Made by a program: the position numbers and the translations under genes | In this document: positions 8,248 through 16,928 of the stretch, one piece after another | Position numbering within the stretch: the first letter of the stretch is position 1 | How the letters are laid out: each line of letters begins with the position of its first letter | IMG/VR virus record: IMGVR_UViG_3300020576_001727 | Location: 1-39,061 of that record | DNA: 39,061 nucleotides | Reading direction: 5' to 3' (one strand) | Source of the DNA: a virus | Taxonomy: Duplodnaviria; Heunggongvirae; Uroviricota; Caudoviricetes | Notes under the pieces: model-generated | The model's input: only the letters and a program-made list of their open reading frames with translations | Databases searched by the model: none | Told to the model about the DNA's origin: nothing

Positions 8248-8952
8248 ATGCAAAAAGTAGAATATATCGATCATATGGGAAATGACTTAAGAGTGGCAAA
8301 CGCTGCGAGAGTTTCATTTGCTAAAGAATCGCAAAAATTTACGCTTAGAAAAGACGTTCCTAAAGGTTCGGACGAAGGTATTATCGAATATCTCGCTTCA
8401 CACAATCACTGGACTCCTTTCTCTCATTGTATGATTACCATGCGAGAAACCGTGCCTATTTTCGTGGCAAGACAGCGTTTTAAGCATATGGTTGGTTTCA
8501 CATATAATGAAGTATCTAGACGCTATGTTGATGATACTCCTGAATTTTTTACTCCTGAAAAATGGAGAGGTCGCCCAATCGGTGGTGCTAAACAGGGATC
8601 GAGTGATATCGAAATTATCGATTTACCTTATGATGATCATGACATTGGCGATAGGGTGGATATTCATGAAAGATATGAAAATTTTATTCATTCGTGCGGA
8701 CAAATGTATCAACAAATGATTGCGGGTGGTGTCGCGCCGGAACAAGCAAGAATGGTTCTTCCCCAAAGCATGTTGACTAGTTATTATGTAACTGGATCGC
8801 TCTATGCTTGGGCAAGAGCATATAATCTTCGCATTCATCCACATGCACAAAAGGAAATCAGAGATTTGGCTGTTGAGTGGGATAAAATCATTCAACCGCT
8901 ATTCCCTTATTCATGGAAGGCGTTGATTAATGGGAAGACCGAGCAAATATAA
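8248..8952 (+). CDS. thyX: FAD-dependent thymidylate synthase ThyX
   Basis: VANAARVSF, HWTPF, PIFVARQ..KH..GFTYNEVSRRY, PEQARMVLP, LR..PHAQKEI. Confidence 0.95.
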   Translation: MQKVEYIDHMGNDLRVANAARVSFAKESQKFTLRKDVPKGSDEGIIEYLASHNHWTPFSHCMITMRETVPIFVARQRFKHMVGFTYNEVSRRYVDDTPEFFTPEKWRGRPIGGAKQGSSDIEIIDLPYDDHDIGDRVDIHERYENFIHSCGQMYQQMIAGGVAPEQARMVLPQSMLTSYYVTGSLYAWARAYNLRIHPHAQKEIRDLAVEWDKIIQPLFPYSWKALINGKTEQI

Positions 8953-9514
8953 AGTTGGTGATGTTCATAATGGCATGAAGATAATCAACATCGAAGGTAA
9001 AGGCGTAGGAAAACATACCAAAATTACCTTCGAATGCCATTGTGGAAATATTAAGGATATGAAAACTCATATCTTTACCAAATCCAAATCATGTGGATGT
9101 CAGAAACACGACATTTCAACTTGGAAATCAATTGGACCAAAAAGCAAACCTTGGACATTACCAAAAGGCGAGGCTGCTTTTAACAATTATCTATATGCAT
9201 ATAAACGTGCCGCCCGAAAACGTAATCTTGAATTTGATTTGTCTAAAGAAGAATTTAAAGAAATCGTTACTCAAAATTGTTTCTATTGTGGAATAGAACC
9301 ACAAGAAAGAAAACCGCAAAAAAGTTATAACGGATCAATGAAAATGCATGGTGTTGACAGAAAAGATAATGAAATTGGTTATACTATAAAAAACAGCGTC
9401 TCTTGCTGTTCAACTTGCAATTTTATGAAGTTGAAAATGACAATTGATGATTTTGTTAATCATATTAAAAGAATATATGAAAATCAAAGGGATAAAAAAC
9501 AATGTTCGATATAG
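8930..9514 (+). CDS. HNH-type (His-Me) homing endonuclease
   Basis: C.CG..SCGC N-terminus; CFYCG...GVDRKDN..GY...N.VSCC..CN.MK; AT-rich. Confidence 0.8.
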   Translation: MGRPSKYKVGDVHNGMKIINIEGKGVGKHTKITFECHCGNIKDMKTHIFTKSKSCGCQKHDISTWKSIGPKSKPWTLPKGEAAFNNYLYAYKRAARKRNLEFDLSKEEFKEIVTQNCFYCGIEPQERKPQKSYNGSMKMHGVDRKDNEIGYTIKNSVSCCSTCNFMKLKMTIDDFVNHIKRIYENQRDKKQCSI

Positions 9515-9786
9515 GTTCTCGTAAATGGGCTGGTCTTACCAAGATCATAGAAGAAACTGGTGAATTGAATCAGGTTATCGGTAAACTGATGGGTAATCGA
9601 GGCGAAACCAAGCATTTTGATGGTTCTGATCTTCATGAAAAACTGATGGAAGAAATGTCAGATGTTTGGGCTGCTTTGGTGTTTGTCTCATTTCATAATA
9701 ACTTAGATGAAGAAAAAATGACACAACGAATTGATGAAAAAATTTCATTGTTCAATGAGTGGCACAACCAAAATCTTGAAAAATAA
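9502..9786 (+). CDS. MazG-like all-alpha NTP pyrophosphohydrolase
   Basis: KIIEETGEL.Q..K ... EEMSDV. Confidence 0.75.
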   Translation: MFDIGSRKWAGLTKIIEETGELNQVIGKLMGNRGETKHFDGSDLHEKLMEEMSDVWAALVFVSFHNNLDEEKMTQRIDEKISLFNEWHNQNLEK

Positions 9787-9924
9787 TCAGTTCACAATCT
9801 GTTAACAATTCAGAAAACCCCGGATTTCCAACGTTTTCCGAATTCCGGGGTCCGATATATAGCTATTCCAAATCATGTTCCCTGTGAATATCCATCCGCC
9901 GAAGAGAGAAAGATAAGAAGAAAA

Positions 9925-11832
9925 ATGCATTCCCTACCTACAGAATTTCAGAATTTTATACACAGAAGTCGTTATGCCAGATACCTTCACGATGAACACA
10001 GACGCGAAACTTGGGAAGAAACAGTCACTCGTTATGTTGATTTTTTCAAAGAACACCTAAAAGAACGAACCAACTATCAGGTCACACAAGACGAATACGA
10101 TCTGGTTCGAAACTCAATCCTCAATCTAGAAGTCATGCCTTCGATGCGCTGTCTCATGACGGCAGGTCCGGCTTTGAAAGGGTCGGAAATCGCTGGTTAT
10201 AATTGCTCGTTCCTTGCCATCAATCGAGTAGCTGCATTCGATGAAATCCTTTACATTTTGATGAATGGAGTGGGTGTCGGCTTTTCGGTCGAACGCCAAC
10301 ATGTCTCGCAACTTCCAACCATTGCAGAAGAATTTCATAAATCTGATATCGTCATTCAAGTTGCCGATAGCAAATTGGGTTGGGCGAAGGCTTTCAAGGA
10401 ACTGGTTTCCTTGCTCTATTCCGGACAAATTCCAAGTTGGGACGTGTCCAAGGTTAGAGAAGCGGGAGCTATTCTGAAAACATTCGGCGGACGTGCTTCC
10501 GGTCCCGGTCCCCTTGTGGACTTGTTCAAATTCACTGTCAATTTGTTCAAGAAAGCGGCTGGACGCAAGCTGAATTCGACCGAATGCCACGATCTTGTCT
10601 GTAAGATTGCTGAAATCGTGGTTGTCGGTGGAGTCCGTCGATCTGCCTTGATTTCTTTGTCAAATCTTTCGGATGATCGTATGCGCAATGCCAAGTCCGG
10701 TCAATGGTGGGACAATTATCCTCACCGTGCGTTGGCTAACAATTCGGCTGCATATACCGAAAAGCCCGAACCCGGTATTTTCATGGAAGAATGGCTTGCT
10801 CTTTATCACTCCAAGTCGGGCGAACGCGGTTTCTTCAATCGCGCTGGCGTTCAGAGAATTCTTGAAAAGAACGGAAGACGCAAGACTGACTTTGAGTTTG
10901 GAACAAATCCTTGCTCGGAAATCATTTTGCGCGATCGCGAATTCTGTAACCTGTCGGAAGTCGTCATTCGAGCGGAAGACGATATGGACACTCTTTTGAG
11001 AAAAGTTCAAGTCGCAACCATTATCGGAACGTGGCAGTCAACTCTTACCAATTTCAAATATATTTCCAAGAAATGGCAGGAGAATTGCGAGGAAGAAAGA
11101 CTCCTTGGCGTCTCATTGACTGGTATCATGGATAACACCTTCACCAACTCAATGAAAGGATTGGATAAGCGTCTCAATCTCCTGAAAGAAATTGCCATTA
11201 CAACCAATAAAGCTTGGGCAGAAAAGCTTGGTATCAATCAATCTGTTGCCGTTACTTGCGTCAAGCCATCGGGAACGGTTTCTCAATTGGTTGATGCAGC
11301 CTCCGGAATTCATGCGCGTTGGTCGCCTTATTACATTCGAACCGTTCGTGCTGACAAGAAAGACCCATTGGCTAAGTTCATGGTTTCAAAGGGATTTCCA
11401 GTGGAAGACGATATCATGAAACCGGATTCGACCTATGTGTTTTCATTTCCGATCAAAGCACCAAAGGGATCGATTTTCCGTAATGATAAGACGGCAATCG
11501 AGCAATTGGAAATCTGGAAAATATATCAAGATGCTTGGTGTGAACACAAGCCTTCCGTGACGATCTATGTCAAGGAAGACGAATGGGTTTCTGTTGCTGC
11601 TTGGGTCTATGAAAATTTCGATTACATGTCTGGCGTCTCATTCCTGCCAACATCGGATCATATTTACAAGCAAGCACCTTATCAGGACGCGACCAAACGA
11701 GAATATGAGGAATTTCTAAATAAAATGCCGACCAATGTTGATTGGGAAGAATTGGCGGCATTTGAAAAAGAAGATAATACAGTAGGAAGTCAGGAATTAG
11801 CATGTTCGGCTGCTGGCGGGTGTGAGATATGA
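9925..11832 (+). CDS. nrdJ: Class II (adenosylcobalamin-dependent) ribonucleotide reductase
   Basis: SRYAR, PSMR, YNCS, GGVRRSA, TNPCSEI, CNLSE, CVKPSGT, HKPSVT, C-terminal AC..GGCE; no beta subunit adjacent. Confidence 0.93.
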   Translation: MHSLPTEFQNFIHRSRYARYLHDEHRRETWEETVTRYVDFFKEHLKERTNYQVTQDEYDLVRNSILNLEVMPSMRCLMTAGPALKGSEIAGYNCSFLAINRVAAFDEILYILMNGVGVGFSVERQHVSQLPTIAEEFHKSDIVIQVADSKLGWAKAFKELVSLLYSGQIPSWDVSKVREAGAILKTFGGRASGPGPLVDLFKFTVNLFKKAAGRKLNSTECHDLVCKIAEIVVVGGVRRSALISLSNLSDDRMRNAKSGQWWDNYPHRALANNSAAYTEKPEPGIFMEEWLALYHSKSGERGFFNRAGVQRILEKNGRRKTDFEFGTNPCSEIILRDREFCNLSEVVIRAEDDMDTLLRKVQVATIIGTWQSTLTNFKYISKKWQENCEEERLLGVSLTGIMDNTFTNSMKGLDKRLNLLKEIAITTNKAWAEKLGINQSVAVTCVKPSGTVSQLVDAASGIHARWSPYYIRTVRADKKDPLAKFMVSKGFPVEDDIMKPDSTYVFSFPIKAPKGSIFRNDKTAIEQLEIWKIYQDAWCEHKPSVTIYVKEDEWVSVAAWVYENFDYMSGVSFLPTSDHIYKQAPYQDATKREYEEFLNKMPTNVDWEELAAFEKEDNTVGSQELACSAAGGCEI

Positions 11833-11873
11833 TAAACTGTGAAATCTAACCATACAAGAAAGAACAAAAAGAA

Positions 11874-12068
11874 ATGGTAAGTTTTCTTAACACTAATACC
11901 TTGGATTGTAATAGTTGCGATTCTTCATATAAAATTTCGTTTAGTAGTGTTGAAGTTGATGGTAGTCCATCTTACTGCCCATTTTGTGGGTCGGAAATTG
12001 AGTTGGATGAATTCGATGAAATCATGGAAGATGATTTTGATATTGAAGAAATTTTTGAAGAAGAGTGA
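11874..12068 (+). CDS. Small zinc-ribbon protein with acidic tail
   Basis: CNSC...CPFCG. Confidence 0.75.
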   Translation: MVSFLNTNTLDCNSCDSSYKISFSSVEVDGSPSYCPFCGSEIELDEFDEIMEDDFDIEEIFEEE

Positions 12069-12070
12069 TA

Positions 12071-12078
12071 TCTAAATA
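12071..12078 (+). promoter_or_regulatory. Late promoter-like TCTAAATA
   Basis: 7/8 match; 6 nt upstream of ATG 12085. Confidence 0.55.
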
Positions 12079-12084
12079 CCATGT

Positions 12085-12501
12085 ATGACATGGTATTATC
12101 AAAATTCTGAATTCAACGATGTTCCTGAAGGCATTATTGGTTTTGTCTATCTGATCACGAATGAAAACAACGGACGCCTCTATGTGGGGAAGAAGTTGTT
12201 TTCATTCTCGAAAAAGACTAGAGCAACCAAGAAAAATCCTCGTCGGAAGACTGTCAAGACAGAATCCGACTGGAAAACATATTTTGGTTCGAATGATGAA
12301 CTGAAAAAGGATATGGAGACGCAAGACGTTTCCAAGATTCGTCGCGAAATTCTACATCTTTGCAAGACAAAGGGAGAATGTTCTTATTTGGAAGCCAAGG
12401 AACAATTTCTCCGTGATGTTTTAGTCAAGGAAGAATATTACAATGGCTATATCATGTGCCGTATCAATAAAAGTCATATTAAAGGATTGATAAATGAGTG
12501 A
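12085..12501 (+). CDS. Short GIY-YIG (Seg-like) endonuclease
   Basis: GFVYLITN...YVGKK, ESDWKTYFGS, REIL.LC, YLEAKEQ, YYN. Confidence 0.85.
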   Translation: MTWYYQNSEFNDVPEGIIGFVYLITNENNGRLYVGKKLFSFSKKTRATKKNPRRKTVKTESDWKTYFGSNDELKKDMETQDVSKIRREILHLCKTKGECSYLEAKEQFLRDVLVKEEYYNGYIMCRINKSHIKGLINE

Positions 12502-12703
12502 TTTTGTTAAGTGTGGACATGAACTTGCAGTAAACAAGACAGAAGTGTCCAGTTTGGAATGGGATAATTCTTCGAACTGGCGCGGGGGATATTCATATCT
12601 CATTATTCATATGAAAAATGGAATTAATCATAGAATTGCACATGCTCCCGATGATTTGGGTGGGGTTGATTGCTATGCACTTGAAAAGGAAATACTTAAA
12701 TGA
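12494..12703 (+). CDS. Hypothetical protein
   Basis: AAGGA RBS, coupled ORF. Confidence 0.6.
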   Translation: MSDFVKCGHELAVNKTEVSSLEWDNSSNWRGGYSYLIIHMKNGINHRIAHAPDDLGGVDCYALEKEILK

Positions 12704-13176
12704 ACGAAGCCGAAATAAAAGAATTATATAATGATTTGAAATCTATTTGTGGATTGGACGCGGAAATAAAATTGGAGAAAATTTTGAAAAGTTTATATTG
12801 GGAAGACTTGGATACAGAAATGGCGGCTGCTCTTTGCCATGAAATGAACAAAACCTATTGCGAATCGATTGGGGATTATTCGCAACCAACTTGGGAAGAT
12901 GCTCCTGATTGGCAGAAAGATAGCGCACTTCAAGGTGTCAAATTCGCCATTGAAAACAACTTTCCTTCCCCGGCTGAAATGCATGAAAATTGGTCGAAAC
13001 AGAAATATGCGGACGGTTGGGTTTATGGAGAGAAGAAAGACCCGGAAGCCAAGACTCATCATTGCTTGGTTCCATATGACGAATTGCCTGAATCACAGAA
13101 AGTTAAGGATTTGTTATTTTCCTTGGTGGCAAAAACTCTTTACACTGTCGCAATTAGAGAAAGAAGCAAAGAATGA
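12700..13176 (+). CDS. RyR-repeat domain protein
   Basis: HENW...K.ADGWVYG..KD...KTHHCLVPYDELPESQK.KD. Confidence 0.85.
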   Translation: MNEAEIKELYNDLKSICGLDAEIKLEKILKSLYWEDLDTEMAAALCHEMNKTYCESIGDYSQPTWEDAPDWQKDSALQGVKFAIENNFPSPAEMHENWSKQKYADGWVYGEKKDPEAKTHHCLVPYDELPESQKVKDLLFSLVAKTLYTVAIRERSKE

Positions 13177-13394
13177 CACTTAATACTAACCTAATTCATA
13201 ACATATTGAATTTTTTGGGTCTTTTCGTGGGTGCTTTTATTGCCTATGATTGGTCAATGCTTGGATTTTCGGCGGAAACTGCTGTCTTTATTACAGCTTG
13301 GTTTCTGATTTTTGATAAGCTGATCAAACTCGGAATAAACATCGTCCGCGATGGGTTGTTCGGGTTGATGAAAAATCAGCCTCCTGTTGAATGA
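13173..13394 (+). CDS. Small 2-TM membrane protein
   Basis: Two hydrophobic segments. Confidence 0.65.
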   Translation: MTLNTNLIHNILNFLGLFVGAFIAYDWSMLGFSAETAVFITAWFLIFDKLIKLGINIVRDGLFGLMKNQPPVE

Positions 13395-13452
13395 CCGACT
13401 GGTGATTTTCATCCAATAAAATCAATAATATAACCGAAAGGTGAAAAATCTG

Positions 13453-13490
13453 AATGGGGGGCTTGACTCCCCATTTTTTTGTGCTATATT
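13453..13490 (+). promoter_or_regulatory. Terminator hairpin containing a sigma70 promoter
   Basis: AATGGGG-GGCTTGACT-CCCCATT-TTTTT; TTGACT (13463)-16-TATATT (13485). Confidence 0.75.
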
Positions 13491-13516
13491 TGGGCTGTGA
13501 TCAATGGAGAAGTGAT

Positions 13517-13681
13517 ATGCAAGAATTTGGTGTTGGTGCCGAAGTCACCGTTGTAAATGAAGGTCGTGGCTTTGTGACACAAGTTGAACTTTATCCCGAT
13601 GGTGACTTACATTTCTACGTTGTCCAGATGGATCATGGTCGAACTCTCGAATGTGCGGAATGGGAAGTCGAACGTTTTTAA
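13517..13681 (+). CDS. Small SH3-like hypothetical protein
   Basis: GGAG RBS; 54 aa, beta-rich. Confidence 0.6.
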   Translation: MQEFGVGAEVTVVNEGRGFVTQVELYPDGDLHFYVVQMDHGRTLECAEWEVERF

Positions 13682-13772
13682 CGATCCGATTGAAGATTTC
13701 AACTACGTTGGAAGTCGGCTGCCGAAGAAATTCGACTGTTGGGAATTTCAATCAAATAACCGGAGAACTGAT

Positions 13773-14000
13773 ATGTATATGATTATGGAAGTTGTGTTCA
13801 AGTCTGGCGTTGTCAAGGAATATAAGAACTTTCCAAAGAATGCTTCTAAAAAGGAATGTCAAGAAGCGGTTGACATGATCAAGCGACATGTTAAAGACGC
13901 ATTTATTGATGATAATAATCGTCACTTTAACGTTTCTTTCGGGGATGCGATCATTCGTGTGGACGATGTTTCTGCGATAGAAATTCGTTTGGTGGGCTGA
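13773..14000 (+). CDS. Hypothetical protein
   Basis: GGAG RBS before ATG 13773. Confidence 0.6.
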   Translation: MYMIMEVVFKSGVVKEYKNFPKNASKKECQEAVDMIKRHVKDAFIDDNNRHFNVSFGDAIIRVDDVSAIEIRLVG

Positions 14001-14009
14001 AATTCCCGC

Positions 14010-14065
14010 TTGACAAAATCTCAAATTTCAAATATCCTCTGATCATAAACGGTTAGAGGATATTT
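14010..14065 (+). promoter_or_regulatory. Sigma70 promoter whose -10 box lies in a 15-bp hairpin covering the RBS
   Basis: TTGACA-17-TATCCT; AAATATCCTCTGATC (14030-44) pairs with GGTTAGAGGATATTT (14051-65). Confidence 0.8.
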
Positions 14066-14069
14066 TGTT

Positions 14070-14450
14070 ATGGCTAAGGCTAAGGAAGTGATCGTTTCTC
14101 CCGAATATATCGATGGGATGATTGCCAAGCTTTCGACAGAGAATCCCAAGCGTCTTGGCGAATTCGTCGGAAAGGCGTTGGTTGTGCTTTTCAAGAATCA
14201 GACGGAAGCCGAACGGGCTGCAAACACGACCAACGTTTGGAATGGCATGGGTTTCGCTGGCGGTGATGCCTATGGCGGTTCTCTTTCTGCCAAGTCGTTT
14301 TTGAAGTATGGCGGATTGAAGGACTGGCAGATTGAAAAGTGGACGAAGAAGAATGCCAAGGGGCGGACTCGTCTCTCCAAGTATCATGCACAGTTGAATG
14401 CCGCCGCCCTAGCCAAAAAGGCTGCACAGGAAAATAATGTCTCTACTTGA
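14070..14450 (+). CDS. Conserved phage early hypothetical protein
   Basis: ALVVLF.NQT..E....T...NG.GF...DA motif. Confidence 0.75.
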   Translation: MAKAKEVIVSPEYIDGMIAKLSTENPKRLGEFVGKALVVLFKNQTEAERAANTTNVWNGMGFAGGDAYGGSLSAKSFLKYGGLKDWQIEKWTKKNAKGRTRLSKYHAQLNAAALAKKAAQENNVST

Positions 14451-15003
14451 TCATCTAGCTTCCCGAAACTGTTTTCCCGAAAAACTTGGTTATCCAGTCG
14501 CTCTTGACGAAGATAACCAAGTTGTCACGTTTTATTTTTTCAATCTTTCGGGACAGTTTACCGGCTATCAGCAATATCGCCCGAACACTTCTAAAGCCAA
14601 GTCGAATGACGAAGCCAAGGGAAGATATTACACATACGTAACTGAACCGCATCAAGCTTTGTGGGGATTGGAAACGCTTAGACGTTTCGATAGCTTCCCT
14701 TTCGTGGTTATCGCGGAAGGAATCTTCTCGGCTTGTCGCTGGCATAATTATGGCGTTCCAGCCGTTGCGACCTTTACCAACAATCCCAAGAGACTGAAAA
14801 ATCAGCTTCAATTGCTCGATAATCGCCCGACTCTGGCGGCTTGTGACGGACCTGTCAATGGAGTCGACGCCGGAAGACAGTTGGCGAAATATGCCGATAT
14901 GGCTTTGTTTTGTCCTTCTGAAAAAGATTGTGGGGACTTGACAACCAAGGAATTTGAAGATATGTTGGCTGAAAGTAAACGCAAATTTCTAAGGGAATTT
15001 TAA
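14437..15003 (+). CDS. Second TOPRIM primase-like protein lacking a zinc finger
   Basis: NLSGQ..GYQQYRP, WGLE, AEGIFSA, CDG..D.AG, KDCGD. Confidence 0.7.
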   Translation: MSLLDHLASRNCFPEKLGYPVALDEDNQVVTFYFFNLSGQFTGYQQYRPNTSKAKSNDEAKGRYYTYVTEPHQALWGLETLRRFDSFPFVVIAEGIFSACRWHNYGVPAVATFTNNPKRLKNQLQLLDNRPTLAACDGPVNGVDAGRQLAKYADMALFCPSEKDCGDLTTKEFEDMLAESKRKFLREF

Positions 15004-15004
15004 C

Positions 15005-15271
15005 ATGCTGGACGAAAAACCCATGAAGCGATATGCGCTGTTTGCATGGGAACATTATTATGAGCTAGGTGGTTTTGATTCTTTGATTAAAACCTCCGAC
15101 GATTATCAAGAACTCGCACAATGGGTTTTAGATAATGGCGGACACGATATCGAATTCCCTAATGGTGGATTTTACGTAGTTCACCGCGTCCAGATATTTG
15201 ATTTCGATACGCGAGAACTAATGATAGATGGTGAGTTTGAATTACAAGAATCTCTAGGAGAAAAAATATGA
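15005..15271 (+). CDS. Hypothetical protein
   Basis: KRYALFA..YY..GG..D motif typical of small phage proteins. Confidence 0.65.
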   Translation: MLDEKPMKRYALFAWEHYYELGGFDSLIKTSDDYQELAQWVLDNGGHDIEFPNGGFYVVHRVQIFDFDTRELMIDGEFELQESLGEKI

Positions 15272-15615
15272 AGAATGCTAGTTTGGGTATTGTGGGCTTG
15301 ATCGCGTTGGGAGCCGTTGTCTTGGTTCCGAGTTATGCGTTTACCAAGCTGACAGAAAAGGAAATCGTCACTGTTGTTTCGTCCAAGGATCGTGAATGCG
15401 TATCCAAGGAAGGCGGAACCGATTGCCGCTATGTGGTTTACACCACGGAAGAAGTCTTTGAGAACAAGGACTCGTGGTGGAATTTCAAGTTCAATTCATC
15501 GGACGTTCATAACAAGCTTGTGCCGGGACAGTCCTATAAGCTGACTGTTTATGGCTGGCGCGTTCCATTCTTCAGTTGGTATCGCAACATCGTGAAAGTC
15601 GAACCAAATGGCTAG
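15268..15615 (+). CDS. Secreted or membrane-anchored protein (DUF1523-like)
   Basis: N-terminal TM; F.N.DS....KFNSSD...VYGWR..F.S.Y.NI. Confidence 0.7.
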   Translation: MKNASLGIVGLIALGAVVLVPSYAFTKLTEKEIVTVVSSKDRECVSKEGGTDCRYVVYTTEEVFENKDSWWNFKFNSSDVHNKLVPGQSYKLTVYGWRVPFFSWYRNIVKVEPNG

Positions 15616-15784
15616 TGATCCTATCAAAACCTTCTATCTTAAAGGTTGGGGCGATACCAAAAACCCATCCACTATGCGAAAGACTCTACCCTTACTTTTA
15701 CGCAAGATTCCCCAAAATTTCAAACTGGCTTATATCAATGGCTGGTTTGATGCACATATGAATAGGGCTTGTAGATATGACTGA
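15608..15784 (+). CDS. 58-aa protein with an RMF-like Y..GW...AY..GW pattern
   Basis: MASDPIKTFYLKGWGD...KLAYINGWFDA; overlaps both neighbours; not in the ORF track. Confidence 0.5.
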   Translation: MASDPIKTFYLKGWGDTKNPSTMRKTLPLLLRKIPQNFKLAYINGWFDAHMNRACRYD

Positions 15785-16562
15785 ACTGTCTCAATTCCCT
15801 GCCATTATCGATCTTTCCGGATATAACGAGAGAATGCGCAAGACCTTTCTTGATAAGACATTCTTTCTCGAAAAGATCGACGCAACCGTTTATGTCGATT
15901 ATGGTTGTGGACCGGGAGACATGATCGAATTCATGCACAAGCTGTTTCCGGAATATGAGTTTTTCGGATATGACAACAATCCAGAAATGATCAAACTTGC
16001 CAAAGCCCGAAACATTCCCAAGGCGAAGTTCTTTTCCAATTTCAAGGATTTGATGTCGCAAGTCGCTGCTATTAAAGACAAGAAAAAGGGATTGATTCTT
16101 AGTTCTGTCTTGCATGAAGTTTTCCATTATAATAGAGCGGATTGGTTCAATAACATCAACGCCTATATGATGTATTTCGACTATGTTATTATTCGGGATA
16201 TGCATTTTGACGGACCCAATGACGAATCGCTTTCGCTGGATGATTTCAAAAAGGTGGTGAAATACTATCTGAAAAACACAGACGTTGCCTTTGTCTTGAA
16301 TGATTTCATGGAAAAATATCGTTTGGACACAACCAAGCAACTGTATCATTTTTTGCTGAAATATACATATCTGGACAATTGGGAACGCGAGTGTCAGGAG
16401 AACTATTTCTCTTGGAATTGGGCTGATTTGGTTCGTCCAAATTTCAAGCCAATTTACATGAACAAATTCATGCTTCCCCATATCAAGAACAAGGTCGAAA
16501 AGGATTTTGGAATTGTTATGAAATATAACACTCATATCAAAATGATTTTGGAGAAACAATAA
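15777..16562 (+). CDS. Class I SAM-dependent methyltransferase
   Basis: YVDYGCGPG motif I; GYD...MI..A; LSSVLHEV; IIRD. Confidence 0.85.
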   Translation: MTELSQFPAIIDLSGYNERMRKTFLDKTFFLEKIDATVYVDYGCGPGDMIEFMHKLFPEYEFFGYDNNPEMIKLAKARNIPKAKFFSNFKDLMSQVAAIKDKKKGLILSSVLHEVFHYNRADWFNNINAYMMYFDYVIIRDMHFDGPNDESLSLDDFKKVVKYYLKNTDVAFVLNDFMEKYRLDTTKQLYHFLLKYTYLDNWERECQENYFSWNWADLVRPNFKPIYMNKFMLPHIKNKVEKDFGIVMKYNTHIKMILEKQ

Positions 16563-16915
16563 TGTTTAGCGAAAATGTCCAAAAATGGATGAAGCGCGCC
16601 AATCGGAATGCTCCATATTATTTGTATGCGAAACATAAGGTAATGGATAATACCGAAGATTATGGGTATGTTTATACCTTGATTTGGCGAGATAAATCGT
16701 CGGGAAAGGTCAAGATTGGAACCATCCACGATGGTGCTCAAACGTGGTATGGTTTTCAAACTTGGGCAACTCTCAATTCAGAAAGTTGGACAGGATTTTG
16801 GCAACAATCAAATAATAGCTTGACAGAGGATGAAGGCAACGCTATGATTGCTGTGTATAAGGGCGAATCCAAACTGCCCATATTTGAACTGAATAATCTG
16901 AAAAATCTAATATAA
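16562..16915 (+). CDS. Hypothetical protein
   Basis: Coupled 117-aa ORF. Confidence 0.6.
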   Translation: MFSENVQKWMKRANRNAPYYLYAKHKVMDNTEDYGYVYTLIWRDKSSGKVKIGTIHDGAQTWYGFQTWATLNSESWTGFWQQSNNSLTEDEGNAMIAVYKGESKLPIFELNNLKNLI

Positions 16916-16928
16916 TTCGAAAGGAAAT

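Noticed and set aside
8248-11832. Group I intron or intein in thyX or nrdJ
   Set aside because: Both ORFs are continuous and of normal length; adjacent endonucleases are free-standing
15735-16559. 274-aa minus-strand ORF and similar long antisense ORFs (1917-2510, 28844-29545, 32446-33102)
   Set aside because: Shadows of well-supported plus-strand genes; no motifs or RBS
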